From NCBI GenBank assembly GCA_963674745.2, contig CAXXDV010000003.1:384001-448000 (forward strand): DNA of 64,000 bases. Reading direction: 5' to 3'. Shown here one piece after another: positions 9,089-19,147 of this stretch. The translations under genes were made by a program, and so were the position numbers. The notes under the pieces are model-generated. The model did no database searches and was not told the DNA's origin. It saw only the letters and a list, made by a program, of their open reading frames with translations. Within the stretch, counting starts at the first letter, position 1. Every line of letters begins with the position of its first letter. The stretch comes from Desulfosudaceae bacterium (GTDB taxonomy: Bacteria; Desulfobacterota; Desulfobacteria; Desulfobacterales; Desulfosudaceae).

Positions 9089-11371
9089 TTACTTTAAAGG
9101 CCTGTTTCCGGCTACCTGTCTCAATTTTGCGCTTAAGAGATCCTGATTGATAGGTTTTGAAATATAATCATCCATTCCGGCCGATAGAAAATGTTCCCGG
9201 TCACCTTTTATCGCATGGGCGGTCAGGGCGATGATGGGGATCCGTTCTTCAGAAGGTGACCGGGCTTCTATCTTTCGTATTTCCCGGGTTGCTGAAAAAC
9301 CATCCATGACCGGCATCTGTCCGTCCATCAGGATAAGATCAAAGCGGTTGCGCCGGTATCGGTCAACGGCCTCCCGGCCATTTCCCACCACCGTCACCAG
9401 GTGACCCATTTTCTCCAGTATTACCTGGATAACCCGTCGATTTAGGGCGTTGTCTTCGGCTACCAGGATTTGCATGAGGGACGAACCGGTATCGGTTTCC
9501 CTGACGGTTTCATGCGCCTGCCCGTTTCCGTCAAAAAGAGGTGTTTCTTGATCGGTCGGGGAAACATTCACGTCAACAGGATCGTCAGAAACGTCCTGGT
9601 TAAGCGCGCGGGACAAGACGTCTTTGAGCATTTTTTTCTTTATTGGTCGGGTTAGACAGTATGCACCCGGCATATTTTTTTTTATGGCTTCCAGAATGTC
9701 TGAAGAATCAGGAACCAGGACGATAGAGGGGGCGGAGGTGATGTCTTGCGAGATCAGTAGCGGCTCAACAGCCTGTATATCGTTAAGGCCCGATCTGATC
9801 AGGATGACGTCAAAAGTTGTTCTGTCCGGGGACTTGTCGTTCAGGCGTTTTTGAGCCGATGGTATATCGCGTGCAATTTCCAGCGAACACCCCCAGTCAC
9901 GTAAATACGTTTCCAGTATTTTCGTGGTAATGGTCTCTTCGCCAATCAGCAGCGTTGAAATACCGTTGAACAGGTTTTCATCTTCCGTATAACCGGTCGG
10001 CCGGTTTTCTGTCGTTGCCAGGTTATATGGCAAAGAAAAAGAGAAATCGGAACCTTTACCGGGTTGGCTGCTGACCAGGATGGTGTCGCCCCCCATTAAC
10101 AGAACCAGCTGGTTGGAAATGGCCAGACCCAGTCCGGTACCGCCATAAAGGCGCGTTGTGGAAGCATCGGCCTGGGTAAACGGTTCAAATAACAGTGGAA
10201 GCTGTTTTTTTTCAATACCGATACCGGTATCTGAAACAAGAAATTCAAGGCAGACGTCGTCATCTTTGCGGTATTTTACTTTGACGTAGACGGCCACCTC
10301 ACCGGTTTGGGTATATTTAATGGCGTTGTTGATCAGATTGGAAATCACCTGATGCAAACGCTCCGGGTCGCCGTTGAGATGGTCGGGCACCTCTTTGGGA
10401 ACCAGGCAACCAAAATCCAGCCCCTTCCGGTAAGCCGAAAAGGAAAACATATCCGAAAGTTTTTTCATGCGTTCCCGGAGGCTGAAGGGAATGTTTTCTA
10501 CATCATATTTTCCGGCCTCAATTTTTGAGAAATCAAGTATATCACCGATCAATGATCCCAGAACCGTCGCGCTCTGCTTGATACTGGCCGTATACTCCCG
10601 TTGTTCCTCTGTCTGCCCGGTCATTTCCAGGAGGTCTGCCAGTCCAATAATACCGCTTAACGGAGTTCGCAGTTCGTGGCTCATATTGGCCAGAAAGCTG
10701 CTTTTGGCTTTATTGGCGGCTTCGGCTTTTTCCTTTTCGATCTGTAAGGAAAACAGCAGATCATTGTTTTCAAAGGTCAGTTGAATAGTGGCGGCCAGGG
10801 TACGACTCATGCGGCGGGCGGTGAAGGTGATGACCAGGCCGAATAGTATGATCATCATGCCCATGGTGACGTGCATGGTGCCGCCGGTGACAAAAAACAT
10901 TGTTGTCAAAGGTACCAGTGCGGGAACCACAAAAAGATAATAGGTCTCCATTCGAATATAATAGGTGGTCATTCCCCCGGCTGCCATACCGGCGATAACA
11001 AAGGCCAGAAAAACCTGATACGTAATTGAGTCGGAAAAGAGGAGGACGCCGGCAGCCCCCCAGGCCACGCCGCCGGCAGAGACGCCGGCCATCATCAGGT
11101 GGAACCAGAATTTCGTATTCTCTATCTGCTGGGGAGCTCTGCGGTAGGTGAAACAGGCGGTATAACGCAGGGTGGTGACCAGTAGTATCATGGCATACCA
11201 GCCGAAAAGGACGGTATGGGATATGTTTTGCCAAAACAGGGCGACCAGAATAGTGCTATTGATGATCGTGCTGAGCATACTGAAAGGCAGGTGGCTGTAG
11301 AGCTGTTTTGTCTGTTCGCCAAGTGTGCGCCGGGCGGCCCTGCTGGGATTTTCTTTTGGGGAAGCAACCAT
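9089..11371 (-). CDS. Membrane hybrid sensor histidine kinase/response regulator
   Basis: Multiple TMs; [13 protein letters not shown]-box; GGTGLGL; C-terminal receiver ([13 protein letters not shown]); degenerate internal receiver. Confidence 0.92.
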   Translation of the reverse strand: MVASPKENPSRAARRTLGEQTKQLYSHLPFSMLSTIINSTILVALFWQNISHTVLFGWYAMILLVTTLRYTACFTYRRAPQQIENTKFWFHLMMAGVSAGGVAWGAAGVLLFSDSITYQVFLAFVIAGMAAGGMTTYYIRMETYYLFVVPALVPLTTMFFVTGGTMHVTMGMMIILFGLVITFTARRMSRTLAATIQLTFENNDLLFSLQIEKEKAEAANKAKSSFLANMSHELRTPLSGIIGLADLLEMTGQTEEQREYTASIKQSATVLGSLIGDILDFSKIEAGKYDVENIPFSLRERMKKLSDMFSFSAYRKGLDFGCLVPKEVPDHLNGDPERLHQVISNLINNAIKYTQTGEVAVYVKVKYRKDDDVCLEFLVSDTGIGIEKKQLPLLFEPFTQADASTTRLYGGTGLGLAISNQLVLLMGGDTILVSSQPGKGSDFSFSLPYNLATTENRPTGYTEDENLFNGISTLLIGEETITTKILETYLRDWGCSLEIARDIPSAQKRLNDKSPDRTTFDVILIRSGLNDIQAVEPLLISQDITSAPSIVLVPDSSDILEAIKKNMPGAYCLTRPIKKKMLKDVLSRALNQDVSDDPVDVNVSPTDQETPLFDGNGQAHETVRETDTGSSLMQILVAEDNALNRRVIQVILEKMGHLVTVVGNGREAVDRYRRNRFDLILMDGQMPVMDGFSATREIRKIEARSPSEERIPIIALTAHAIKGDREHFLSAGMDDYISKPINQDLLSAKLRQVAGNRPLK

Positions 11372-11497
11372 GATTTTCCCGGAGTTAAGGGGATAAAAAC
11401 AGTAGATGAATAACTATTTGTTTTAATACATTATATATAAATAGTTATAATATAAAAATGTATATCGTGTCAATGTTTTTAAAAAGGCTGAAAATTA

Positions 11498-11527
11498 TTG
11501 ACATTTAATGCCTATTTTAATAATACT
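11498..11527 (+). promoter_or_regulatory. Probable sigma-70 promoter of the TonB operon
   Basis: Perfect TTGACA at 11498; AT-rich -10-like taatact about 17-18 nt downstream. Confidence 0.45.
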
Positions 11528-11540
11528 TAAATAATTTAAA

Positions 11541-11706
11541 GATCATCAAGAAGGTGATCGCGGTTAACAGATTATAACCAACTGAAAAGCAAACAAGTCC
11601 CGCCGGTATCGTCTTGAACCGGTGGGCGAAATATTAAATAGCACGAAAAAATAAAGCCATGAAGGTGATCAGGCTGAATGCCTGTTTTACTTTCGTGGCT
11701 TTTTTT
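11541..11706 (+). promoter_or_regulatory. Structured 5' leader ending in an intrinsic terminator (attenuator/riboswitch candidate)
   Basis: Hairpins gatcatc/ggtgatc, ggtta/taacc, cccgccggt/accggtggg; 16-bp stem 11653-68 with 11687-702 plus T7, just before the ATG at 11717. Confidence 0.6.
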
Positions 11707-11716
11707 ATTGGAAGAG

Positions 11717-13111
11717 ATGAAAAAATATTCAATCGCTATTTATGCTGTGATTCTTTTTTACTGCCTGTCTGCCTCAGCCGCCGATCGGCAAATAGCCGAA
11801 GACACCAACAACGATGGCCGGACAGACCGAATCATTTTTTATGACCGCGCCGGCAAAATCGAACACCTGGAGATGGATACCGATCATGACGGTGCCATGG
11901 ACCGCTTTCAATATTACGAAAAGGAAGCCCTTGTACGAATGGAAAGAGACACGGATGCCGACGGGCATTCCGACTGTCTGGATTATTTCAAAGACGGCAA
12001 AAGAGCCCGTCAGGAGCGTCTTGACAAGGAGAACCGGGTATACCAGGTGACGTTGTTTGATGAGAAGGAACAGCCCGCAGAAATTAGAAAAGACACAACC
12101 GGCAGCGGTGTTTTTGATGCGGTTTATTATTTTAACGACGGTGAAATCAACGCCGCAACACGTGACACGGACGAGAACAGTGTCGTTAATATTCATGAAA
12201 CATTTTCAGACAACCTGCCGGTAAAACGGACGGTAGATGATAACGAAGACGGCCGCCCGGAGCAGATTACGCTGTATGATGACCAGGGGCTGGTTCGGGA
12301 GAGCCGCCAGGACACTTCCCATTGCGGTTTTCTAGACAGGCGCACGGTTTTTAAAAAGGGCAAAATGCGTCTCCAGACAATGGACAACAACCAGGACGGT
12401 AAGGCCGACGACACGCTTTTGTTTAATGATCGGGAAGAACGCCTGCGGATGGAGAGCGACACCGACTTTGACGGAACCATCGATACCCGGCAGTTTTTTA
12501 AGGGCAATCGGATTGTCCGCATGGAAAAAGATGATAACCATGACGGCCGGGTGAACCTGAAGGTTTATTACAACAACCGGGAGGAGAAAGAAAAACTGAT
12601 CAAGGACGCCGATGGTGACGGCTTTTTTGAAATTACCCAGTGGTATGACATCCCGGAATGGCCCCTGGTGATCGAGGTCGACAAGGACCAGGATCAGAAG
12701 CCCGAGGCCCGTTTCTGCTATATCGACGGCGTGCTTCGGGAAAAATCCCTGGATGAGGACCATGACGGCACCATCGATCTGATGGAATTTTTCGATCGGG
12801 ACGGGCGGCTGATCAAAAGCCGGGAAGACGAAATGGGTACCGGTGTATTGACCCTGACCTGGTTTTATGACGATGCGGAACAGGCTGTTCGGGCGGAAAA
12901 AGACACCAATGCCGACGGTCTGCCTGATGTCCGGTTTTTTTATGAGGCAGGCCGGGTGACGTCTGTAGAGGAAGACAGCAACCATGACGGTAAGCCCGAC
13001 GTCTGGGAAACCTATGACAATGCCGAAGCCCTGATCAAACGGGAAAAAGACCTGGACTATGACGGTCAGCCCGATGTCACGGAGACGGCAAAAGAAGAAA
13101 AGAAAAATTAA
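11717..13111 (+). CDS. Exported acidic repeat protein with ~18 tandem Dx[DN]xDG-type units
   Basis: Signal peptide MKKY..ASA; ~24-aa period, e.g. DTNNDG, DTDHDG, DTDADG, DADGDG, DLDYDG. Confidence 0.8.
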   Translation: MKKYSIAIYAVILFYCLSASAADRQIAEDTNNDGRTDRIIFYDRAGKIEHLEMDTDHDGAMDRFQYYEKEALVRMERDTDADGHSDCLDYFKDGKRARQERLDKENRVYQVTLFDEKEQPAEIRKDTTGSGVFDAVYYFNDGEINAATRDTDENSVVNIHETFSDNLPVKRTVDDNEDGRPEQITLYDDQGLVRESRQDTSHCGFLDRRTVFKKGKMRLQTMDNNQDGKADDTLLFNDREERLRMESDTDFDGTIDTRQFFKGNRIVRMEKDDNHDGRVNLKVYYNNREEKEKLIKDADGDGFFEITQWYDIPEWPLVIEVDKDQDQKPEARFCYIDGVLREKSLDEDHDGTIDLMEFFDRDGRLIKSREDEMGTGVLTLTWFYDDAEQAVRAEKDTNADGLPDVRFFYEAGRVTSVEEDSNHDGKPDVWETYDNAEALIKREKDLDYDGQPDVTETAKEEKKN

Positions 13112-13126
13112 AAAGGGACAAGAACA

Positions 13127-13732
13127 ATGTTTGATTTTTTAGCCAAAGGTGGGGTGCTGGTCATCCCCATTCTGCTCTGCTCGGTATTTACCGTGGCGAT
13201 TTTTTTGGAACGCGTCATCACCTTCGCCCGTATGCGTACCCGGGGTGCGGGTCTGGCCGAAAAAATAGCCGGTCTTTTGCTCAAAGGCGAAAAAGAGGCG
13301 GCCCAGAAAACAGCCCGGGAAAGCGATTCCCCCATGGGCCGAATACTGGCCCAAGCCATTGAAGTCAAGGACAGTGACCGTGAATTGCTGGAAACCGTTA
13401 TGGTCAACGCCACGGACGAGGAAGTGAGAAACCTGTCCACCTACGTACAGACCCTGGCCACCATCGGCAACATTGCTCCTTTGCTGGGGCTGCTGGGTAC
13501 GGTCATCGGCATGATCAAGGCCTTTATGGTCATCCAGCAGATGGGCGGTAAGGTCAATGCGGCTGTGCTGGCCGGCGGTATCTGGGAGGCTATGCTGACC
13601 ACGGCCCTGGGCCTGGCCGTGGCCCTGCCCACCATGATCGCCCACAGCTATCTGGTAGCCCGCATCGACAGTTATGAAGCGCGACTGCAGAACGGGTCGG
13701 TCACTTTCATGAAAGCCATTACCCGGAAATAG
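13127..13732 (+). CDS. exbB: MotA/TolQ/ExbB proton channel
   Basis: APLLGLLGTVIGMI, GIWEAMLTTALGL. Confidence 0.9.
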   Translation: MFDFLAKGGVLVIPILLCSVFTVAIFLERVITFARMRTRGAGLAEKIAGLLLKGEKEAAQKTARESDSPMGRILAQAIEVKDSDRELLETVMVNATDEEVRNLSTYVQTLATIGNIAPLLGLLGTVIGMIKAFMVIQQMGGKVNAAVLAGGIWEAMLTTALGLAVALPTMIAHSYLVARIDSYEARLQNGSVTFMKAITRK

Positions 13733-13741
13733 GAGGCAGAT

Positions 13742-14149
13742 ATGCTGGTTCATCGGAAAAAAAGACCGCGTTATGCCATCCAGGCACCGCTGACCTCATT
13801 GATCGATATCGTTTTCATGCTGCTGATCTATTTTTTGCTGACCACCAACTTTATGGTGGACGAAGGCATCAAGATAAAATTGCCGCAGGCCCGGGCGTCG
13901 GCGCCGCAGACGCAACAGGAAATAACCGTCTATGTGGACAGGGAGGGGCGGGCTTATATTAACAACAAGCCGGTCCCGGAAGAGATCCTGTTTACCAGAA
14001 TCAAGGAAATGATCGGCGGCCAATCCGACCGGCTGGTGGTGGTCAAGGCCGACCGGGAAGTTGTGTTGAACAAAGCCGTCAAGGTCATGGACCTGGCCAA
14101 GGCCGCCGGCGCCGGCCGGCTCTGCCTGGCCACGGAGAAGGATTTGTAA
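13742..14149 (+). CDS. exbD: Biopolymer transport protein ExbD
   Basis: LTSLIDIVFMLLIYFLLT, VVVKAD. Confidence 0.9.
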   Translation: MLVHRKKRPRYAIQAPLTSLIDIVFMLLIYFLLTTNFMVDEGIKIKLPQARASAPQTQQEITVYVDREGRAYINNKPVPEEILFTRIKEMIGGQSDRLVVVKADREVVLNKAVKVMDLAKAAGAGRLCLATEKDL

Positions 14150-14152
14150 TCC

Positions 14153-14803
14153 GTGTCTGAATACAAGAAAAAGCCCAATCATCTGATGCGGGGCATGATT
14201 ACCGTGTCCCTGGCCCTGCATGTGTTGATATTCCTGCATATCGCCGGTATCTACCGGTCCAGTGCGCTGACCTATATCGAACTGACACTGAACGATATAT
14301 CCAAACCATCGGCACGCGCCATTCCCAGGCCACGGAAACGGCACCAGGCCCCCAAAGCGGAGACGGTCAGCCGGCCGGAAGTGTCTCGGGACCCCATACC
14401 CGTGTCGAACATGGCGCCCGCGAACCAACGATTTTCCAAGTCTCTTATGGCCGACATCAGCGCGCCGTCGGTACCTGTTAGCGGTTGGAACATGAACGGC
14501 GCGCCGGTGTTCGCCACCAGCGCCGATTATTTCGACATGGTACGCATGAAGATTGAAAGTCGCAAGCAATACCCGGAATCCGCCCGGGACAAACAGATCC
14601 AGGGCCGCGTCCGGGTCGGGTTTGTCATTACGCCCGACGGGCAGATATCCTCCCTTGAGATCGTTAAAAGTTCACGGCATGGCATCCTGGACCGGGCCGC
14701 TCTGGAAGCGGTCAGAAATGCCGCTCCTCTTCCCCGACCGCCGGCAAATCTGTTTAAGGAAAAACTGCTGGTGGAAATAACCATATTATTTGAACTGATG
14801 TGA
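14153..14803 (+). CDS. tonB: Energy transducer TonB
   Basis: SLALH TM motif; YPESAR..IQGRV; SSRHGILDRAAL. Confidence 0.88.
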   Translation: MSEYKKKPNHLMRGMITVSLALHVLIFLHIAGIYRSSALTYIELTLNDISKPSARAIPRPRKRHQAPKAETVSRPEVSRDPIPVSNMAPANQRFSKSLMADISAPSVPVSGWNMNGAPVFATSADYFDMVRMKIESRKQYPESARDKQIQGRVRVGFVITPDGQISSLEIVKSSRHGILDRAALEAVRNAAPLPRPPANLFKEKLLVEITILFELM

Positions 14804-14826
14804 CAACTAAACGGAAGGAGAAATAA

Positions 14827-16905
14827 ATGATAAAAAACGTATTCAAAAAACTGTACTGTTGTAAAAAAGCATGTCTGATGTTTTTATTCGTGCCGGCTCT
14901 TTTTTTGGGGATTTTACCCTCAGCCGGGGCCGCTGACGATACGTCCAGTCCCACGGTTTATAAACTGGATAATATCGTTGTATCCACCACCCGCAACGAA
15001 ATACCGGTCAGTGACGCGGCGCAGACTGTCACGGTTCTGTCTAAAGAAGATATCATGGCCTCACCGTTTGACCGGGTAGAAGACATTATCCGCAGCGTTC
15101 CCGGCGTTTACAATACCCGGCATTTCGGCACCCAGACCAGCGGTGTCTCCAATCCCATCACCGTCCGCGGCGTCGGCGGCAACCGGGTCCTGTTGCTGGT
15201 GGACGGTGTCCCCCAGAACGACAATTTTAACAACTCCATCGCCTGGGTGGCCTGGGGTCATATCCCCAAGGAGGCCATCGAACGGATTGAAATCGTCCGC
15301 GGTCCTTCTTCGGCCATGTACGGTTCGGAAGGCATCGGCGGTGTGGTCCATATCATTACCAAAACGCCGGACACGGTCCGCAATACTTCCGTCCGGGCCG
15401 AAGCCGGTACGTCCGACACGTATGCCGGATACGGTTTTCACAGCCAGACAATGGATAATCTCGGCCTGCTGATCGCCGGCGGATATGAAGAATCGGACGG
15501 TTTTTACATGACGGAAGACCCTGAAAGCTACGAGATCAAACGGCATCGGGAGGTCGGTAAAGTTTTCGGGAAAGTGCGCTATGAGCTGGATGATACCGCC
15601 AGTCTCGAAATTTCAACCTTGTATTATGACCATGAAACCGGTAAGGGGCGGAAATATTTTTATGATGAACTCCAGCTCAACCATTACACCGTGAATTATA
15701 CCCGGCAGGCCGACACCGGTCTGGGGATCAAGGGCCTGATGTATTACAACCGGGCGGATAAGTTCGCTTACCAGGACAGTTCCAAAGACAACTTCGCTTC
15801 TCTGCTTCGCAAGGAAGATTCGCCTTCTTCAACCTGGGGCGCGGACCTGCAGGGTATTGTGCCGATCAGCGATCGTGCGGATTTGACGCTGGGGGCGGCG
15901 TTTAAGAAAACCGCCTGGGATTATGACGACAAATTCGTCAACAACCCCCGTGATGAAGGGGCGGAAGGCACCCAGCAGTATCTGGCGCCTTTTGTCAACC
16001 TGAACATGAAATTTTTGGCCGATGACCGGCTGGTGGTCGACCTGGGTGCCCGGTATGACTGGATCAAAACCAGTGACGGGGCCAACTGGGATGATGATCC
16101 GGATGCAGGGGCACCCTACAGTAACGAATACGGATCCGAGAATGAGAGCAGTTTTTCACCAAAAATCGGCGTCGCCTTCCATCCGGACGCCAAAACCACT
16201 TTGCGGGCGTCAGTCGGCAAAGGCTTCCGGGCGCCCAGTCTGTTTGAACTTTACAAGGTCCATGTGCGCCAGGGCGGGCGGTCATACCGGCACGCCAACC
16301 CGAATCTGGAACCGGAAGAAATCTGGGCTTACGATATCGGTGTGGAACGGATGCTGTTGGACAGGCTGCGGGGCAGCCTGACATTTTATCAGTCTTTTGC
16401 GGATGATTATATCGGCACCCGGCTGATCAACAGCTATGAAAAAAACGGCAAAACGTTTAATGAGTATATCCTGGACAACATCAGCCAAGTGGAAATGCAT
16501 GGCGTCGAGGCGGAATTGAACTGGTATCCGCGAACCGACCTGGCATTTTTCGGCAATTACACCTGGAATGTGTCTGAAATCGAAAAAAACGAGGCGGATC
16601 CGTTTGAAGAGGGCAAATACCTGACCAATGACCCCAAACATAAAATCCATGTCGGCGCGACCTACAGCAATCCTGATCTTGTCAACGTCACGCTGCTTTG
16701 GAACCGTTATATCGACAAGTACTATGATATTGACGAACTGACCCAGGGAAAGGACAGTTTCTGGAGCGTTGACCTTCAACTTTCCCGCCGTTTTTTGGAT
16801 CGTCTGACCGCCTACGTGAGCGCGGAAAATATTTTTGACAGCGTGGACAATGAAGCTATCGCTCCCGGTGCCATTTATAAGGGCGGCGTGAAACTTGAAT
16901 TTTAA
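14827..16905 (+). CDS. TonB-dependent outer-membrane receptor
   Basis: TonB-box-like DNIVVS; plug VLLLVDG and IERIEIVRGPSSAMYG; terminal F. Confidence 0.92.
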   Translation: MIKNVFKKLYCCKKACLMFLFVPALFLGILPSAGAADDTSSPTVYKLDNIVVSTTRNEIPVSDAAQTVTVLSKEDIMASPFDRVEDIIRSVPGVYNTRHFGTQTSGVSNPITVRGVGGNRVLLLVDGVPQNDNFNNSIAWVAWGHIPKEAIERIEIVRGPSSAMYGSEGIGGVVHIITKTPDTVRNTSVRAEAGTSDTYAGYGFHSQTMDNLGLLIAGGYEESDGFYMTEDPESYEIKRHREVGKVFGKVRYELDDTASLEISTLYYDHETGKGRKYFYDELQLNHYTVNYTRQADTGLGIKGLMYYNRADKFAYQDSSKDNFASLLRKEDSPSSTWGADLQGIVPISDRADLTLGAAFKKTAWDYDDKFVNNPRDEGAEGTQQYLAPFVNLNMKFLADDRLVVDLGARYDWIKTSDGANWDDDPDAGAPYSNEYGSENESSFSPKIGVAFHPDAKTTLRASVGKGFRAPSLFELYKVHVRQGGRSYRHANPNLEPEEIWAYDIGVERMLLDRLRGSLTFYQSFADDYIGTRLINSYEKNGKTFNEYILDNISQVEMHGVEAELNWYPRTDLAFFGNYTWNVSEIEKNEADPFEEGKYLTNDPKHKIHVGATYSNPDLVNVTLLWNRYIDKYYDIDELTQGKDSFWSVDLQLSRRFLDRLTAYVSAENIFDSVDNEAIAPGAIYKGGVKLEF

Positions 16906-16930
16906 AAATATAAAAAAGGAATTTTTGATC

Positions 16931-17638
16931 ATGAAAAAAAGTGTGCTATGGATAATGACCATACTGTTGTTAACCACCCCGGCTTCCGCTCATTATCTGT
17001 GGGTTTCCGTTCAAGACGGTCACTATGCTGTCAATCGCGGTATACTCTCAAAGCCTCAGGAAGCCTATGATCCCTCTTGTGTCAAAACCATCAAAGCTTA
17101 TGGCCGGGATGGAATGACCATACCTGTTCAGGCCGTTGCCGAACCTGAACAAATGATTTTTAAAGCGGATCGGCCGGCAGCTATGGCGGTTGTCGTCAGT
17201 GACTGGGGATATCGTGTTAATACCACATCCGGAAAGAAATTTATGACCCGGCAACAGGCCGAGGAAAAAGGGTTGAATGTTATCAGCGCTTTTTTTTCAA
17301 GGCAGTTTTCAAAAACGATTTTTACTTTTTCAGCCGAGCAGCTTAATCCCGCAGGTCTGACGTTTGAAATTGTTCCCCTGGCTGATCCGACCGCTGCCAA
17401 GCCGGGTTCTTCGATTCCGTTCAAGCTGCTTTATCAGGGCCAGCCCCTGGAGAAGATTACCATTTATACCCATGACCGGCAAAAGATCGATACCAATGAA
17501 CAAGGCGAATTTCAGGTGCCCGTTCAACAGTCCGGATTCCACTCTTTTTATGCCAGATATAAAATCCCTGAAAAAAACAATCCTGAAATGGATTACCTGC
17601 AGTTAATGACATTCATGACCTTTACAACAAAGCAATAA
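16931..17638 (+). CDS. DUF4198-like periplasmic protein associated with Ni/Co uptake
   Basis: Signal peptide ASA/HYLW with N-terminal His; FEIVPLADP, LLYQGQPL, TNEQGEF. Confidence 0.75.
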   Translation: MKKSVLWIMTILLLTTPASAHYLWVSVQDGHYAVNRGILSKPQEAYDPSCVKTIKAYGRDGMTIPVQAVAEPEQMIFKADRPAAMAVVVSDWGYRVNTTSGKKFMTRQQAEEKGLNVISAFFSRQFSKTIFTFSAEQLNPAGLTFEIVPLADPTAAKPGSSIPFKLLYQGQPLEKITIYTHDRQKIDTNEQGEFQVPVQQSGFHSFYARYKIPEKNNPEMDYLQLMTFMTFTTKQ

Positions 17639-17760
17639 ACCTCATCCGCCTTATTCGTGTCAAAAAAATGACAGGACATGGACACGGATTAACACGGAGA
17701 ATATAAACAGCCTTCTTGAGAAAAAAATGATATTTTAAGGCTCAGCAGGGGAAGACACAT

Positions 17761-18216
17761 ATGATGCGATTGTTTTTATGGATAACGGTTATAATGCTGA
17801 CGGCGGTCTCGCCGGACCTTTCTTTTGCCCATGGTATGGTTCATCATTTTACGCAGGAAGAGGCCGTGGTTATTCGGGCGGCCTATGACGACGGCGAACC
17901 CATGAGTTATGCCGCGGTAAAAATTTATGCCCCGGACAACGCGAAGATCGAGCACCAGAACGGCCGCACCGATAAAAACGGCTGTTTCGCCTTTATCCCG
18001 GATGCCCCCGGCCAATGGCATCTGACGATTGACGGCGGCATGGGGCATATGATCACCACCGACGTGACGGTTGATGAAGACCTTGCCCTGCCAGCCGAGC
18101 CGTCCGAAGTGTCCCACCAACTGCCCCGATTTTATGGCATGGCCATGGGGTTGAGTATTATTTTCGGGCTGACCGGCTTTCTGGCCTGGTTCAAAAGCCT
18201 CAAGCAATCACCATAA
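17761..18216 (+). CDS. Ni/Co transport accessory protein (NikL/CbiL-like) with C-terminal membrane anchor
   Basis: SFA/HG; YDDGEPM..V.IYAP; GRTDKNG.FAF.PD..G.W; GMGH; C-terminal TM. Confidence 0.65.
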   Translation: MMRLFLWITVIMLTAVSPDLSFAHGMVHHFTQEEAVVIRAAYDDGEPMSYAAVKIYAPDNAKIEHQNGRTDKNGCFAFIPDAPGQWHLTIDGGMGHMITTDVTVDEDLALPAEPSEVSHQLPRFYGMAMGLSIIFGLTGFLAWFKSLKQSP

Positions 18217-18227
18217 CCGGTGTCCGG

Positions 18228-19055
18228 TTATTGAACGATATTGACCTTGAACTTAACGCGGTCGTTAAAACTCCGGGCATCGTTGACCGGGTTCCGGATG
18301 ATGATCTCACCCATCTTCACCCCGGGTGTCGTCCATGTCATATAGGTATAGTAAGGGAAGAATTTGCCGGGGGAAATTGGCGGTATCTGCACGGTCAGCG
18401 GCCATTGCTCCGGAAAGTTCAAGTCCATGGAGCAGGCGGGGCTGATGGCGCATCCATAATTATATACATCCAGGCCGATGAAAATTTTATCGTTGACGCC
18501 GCCATTGATAAATTTTTCCTGACAGATGCTGGGATTTTTGCAGAATCCCACATCCGGGCGGTTTTGGACGCCAATGCTGTAAGTGGCGGTATTATTGTTT
18601 TCATTGGACTCATCAACCTGGTGATGCGCGTCCAGGGTGACGGTATACGAGACCGCCAGACACCGATCAACCGACACGCCGAGTTCTCCTGAAAAGGTCA
18701 GGCTCTGGTTCGGACCGGGCACATCTAAATAATCACTTCTTCCGGTTTGGGGGGTTTCATTGAATCCGACCAGCATTTTACTCACTGTTGAAGGGCCACC
18801 GTTGTTTCTGATCACCAGTTGATAGGAACAGGTGGCACCGTTTTGAACTGTAGCCGGTTCCAGCTTGAATGTCTGGACCATAAGATCGGGTTTGGCGGGT
18901 GTGGCCGGCGTTACGGCGCCCGGAGGCCTGTTTTTGATTACAGAAGGTGTAACTTGTCTGGATGGCGCCGGCTTCAGTCTGACGTCCGCGCCATCGGCCT
19001 GGAATAAAAAAACCATTGATAAAATTAGGCTGAGAATAATCGGTCTCACGTTCAC
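18228..19055 (-). CDS. Secreted CARDB (Ig-like) domain protein
   Basis: Signal peptide; KPDLMV..IRNNG..LDAHHQVDESNENNN; second degenerate CARDB. Confidence 0.75.
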   Translation of the reverse strand: MNVRPIILSLILSMVFLFQADGADVRLKPAPSRQVTPSVIKNRPPGAVTPATPAKPDLMVQTFKLEPATVQNGATCSYQLVIRNNGGPSTVSKMLVGFNETPQTGRSDYLDVPGPNQSLTFSGELGVSVDRCLAVSYTVTLDAHHQVDESNENNNTATYSIGVQNRPDVGFCKNPSICQEKFINGGVNDKIFIGLDVYNYGCAISPACSMDLNFPEQWPLTVQIPPISPGKFFPYYTYMTWTTPGVKMGEIIIRNPVNDARSFNDRVKFKVNIVQ

Positions 19056-19147
19056 CCCCCTGAGATATACGGTTATTGTTTTCTCAACCTACCACCAAAT
19101 CTGAAAAAGGTGCAAACGCTTTTATTTGTCTGACTTCAGAGGCACTT

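Noticed and set aside
11541..11706. Cobalamin, SAM-I or c-di-GMP riboswitch
   Set aside because: Only fragments resemble them (atcaaga, gcaaac); the core consensus elements and spacing are missing, so it is kept as an unassigned leader
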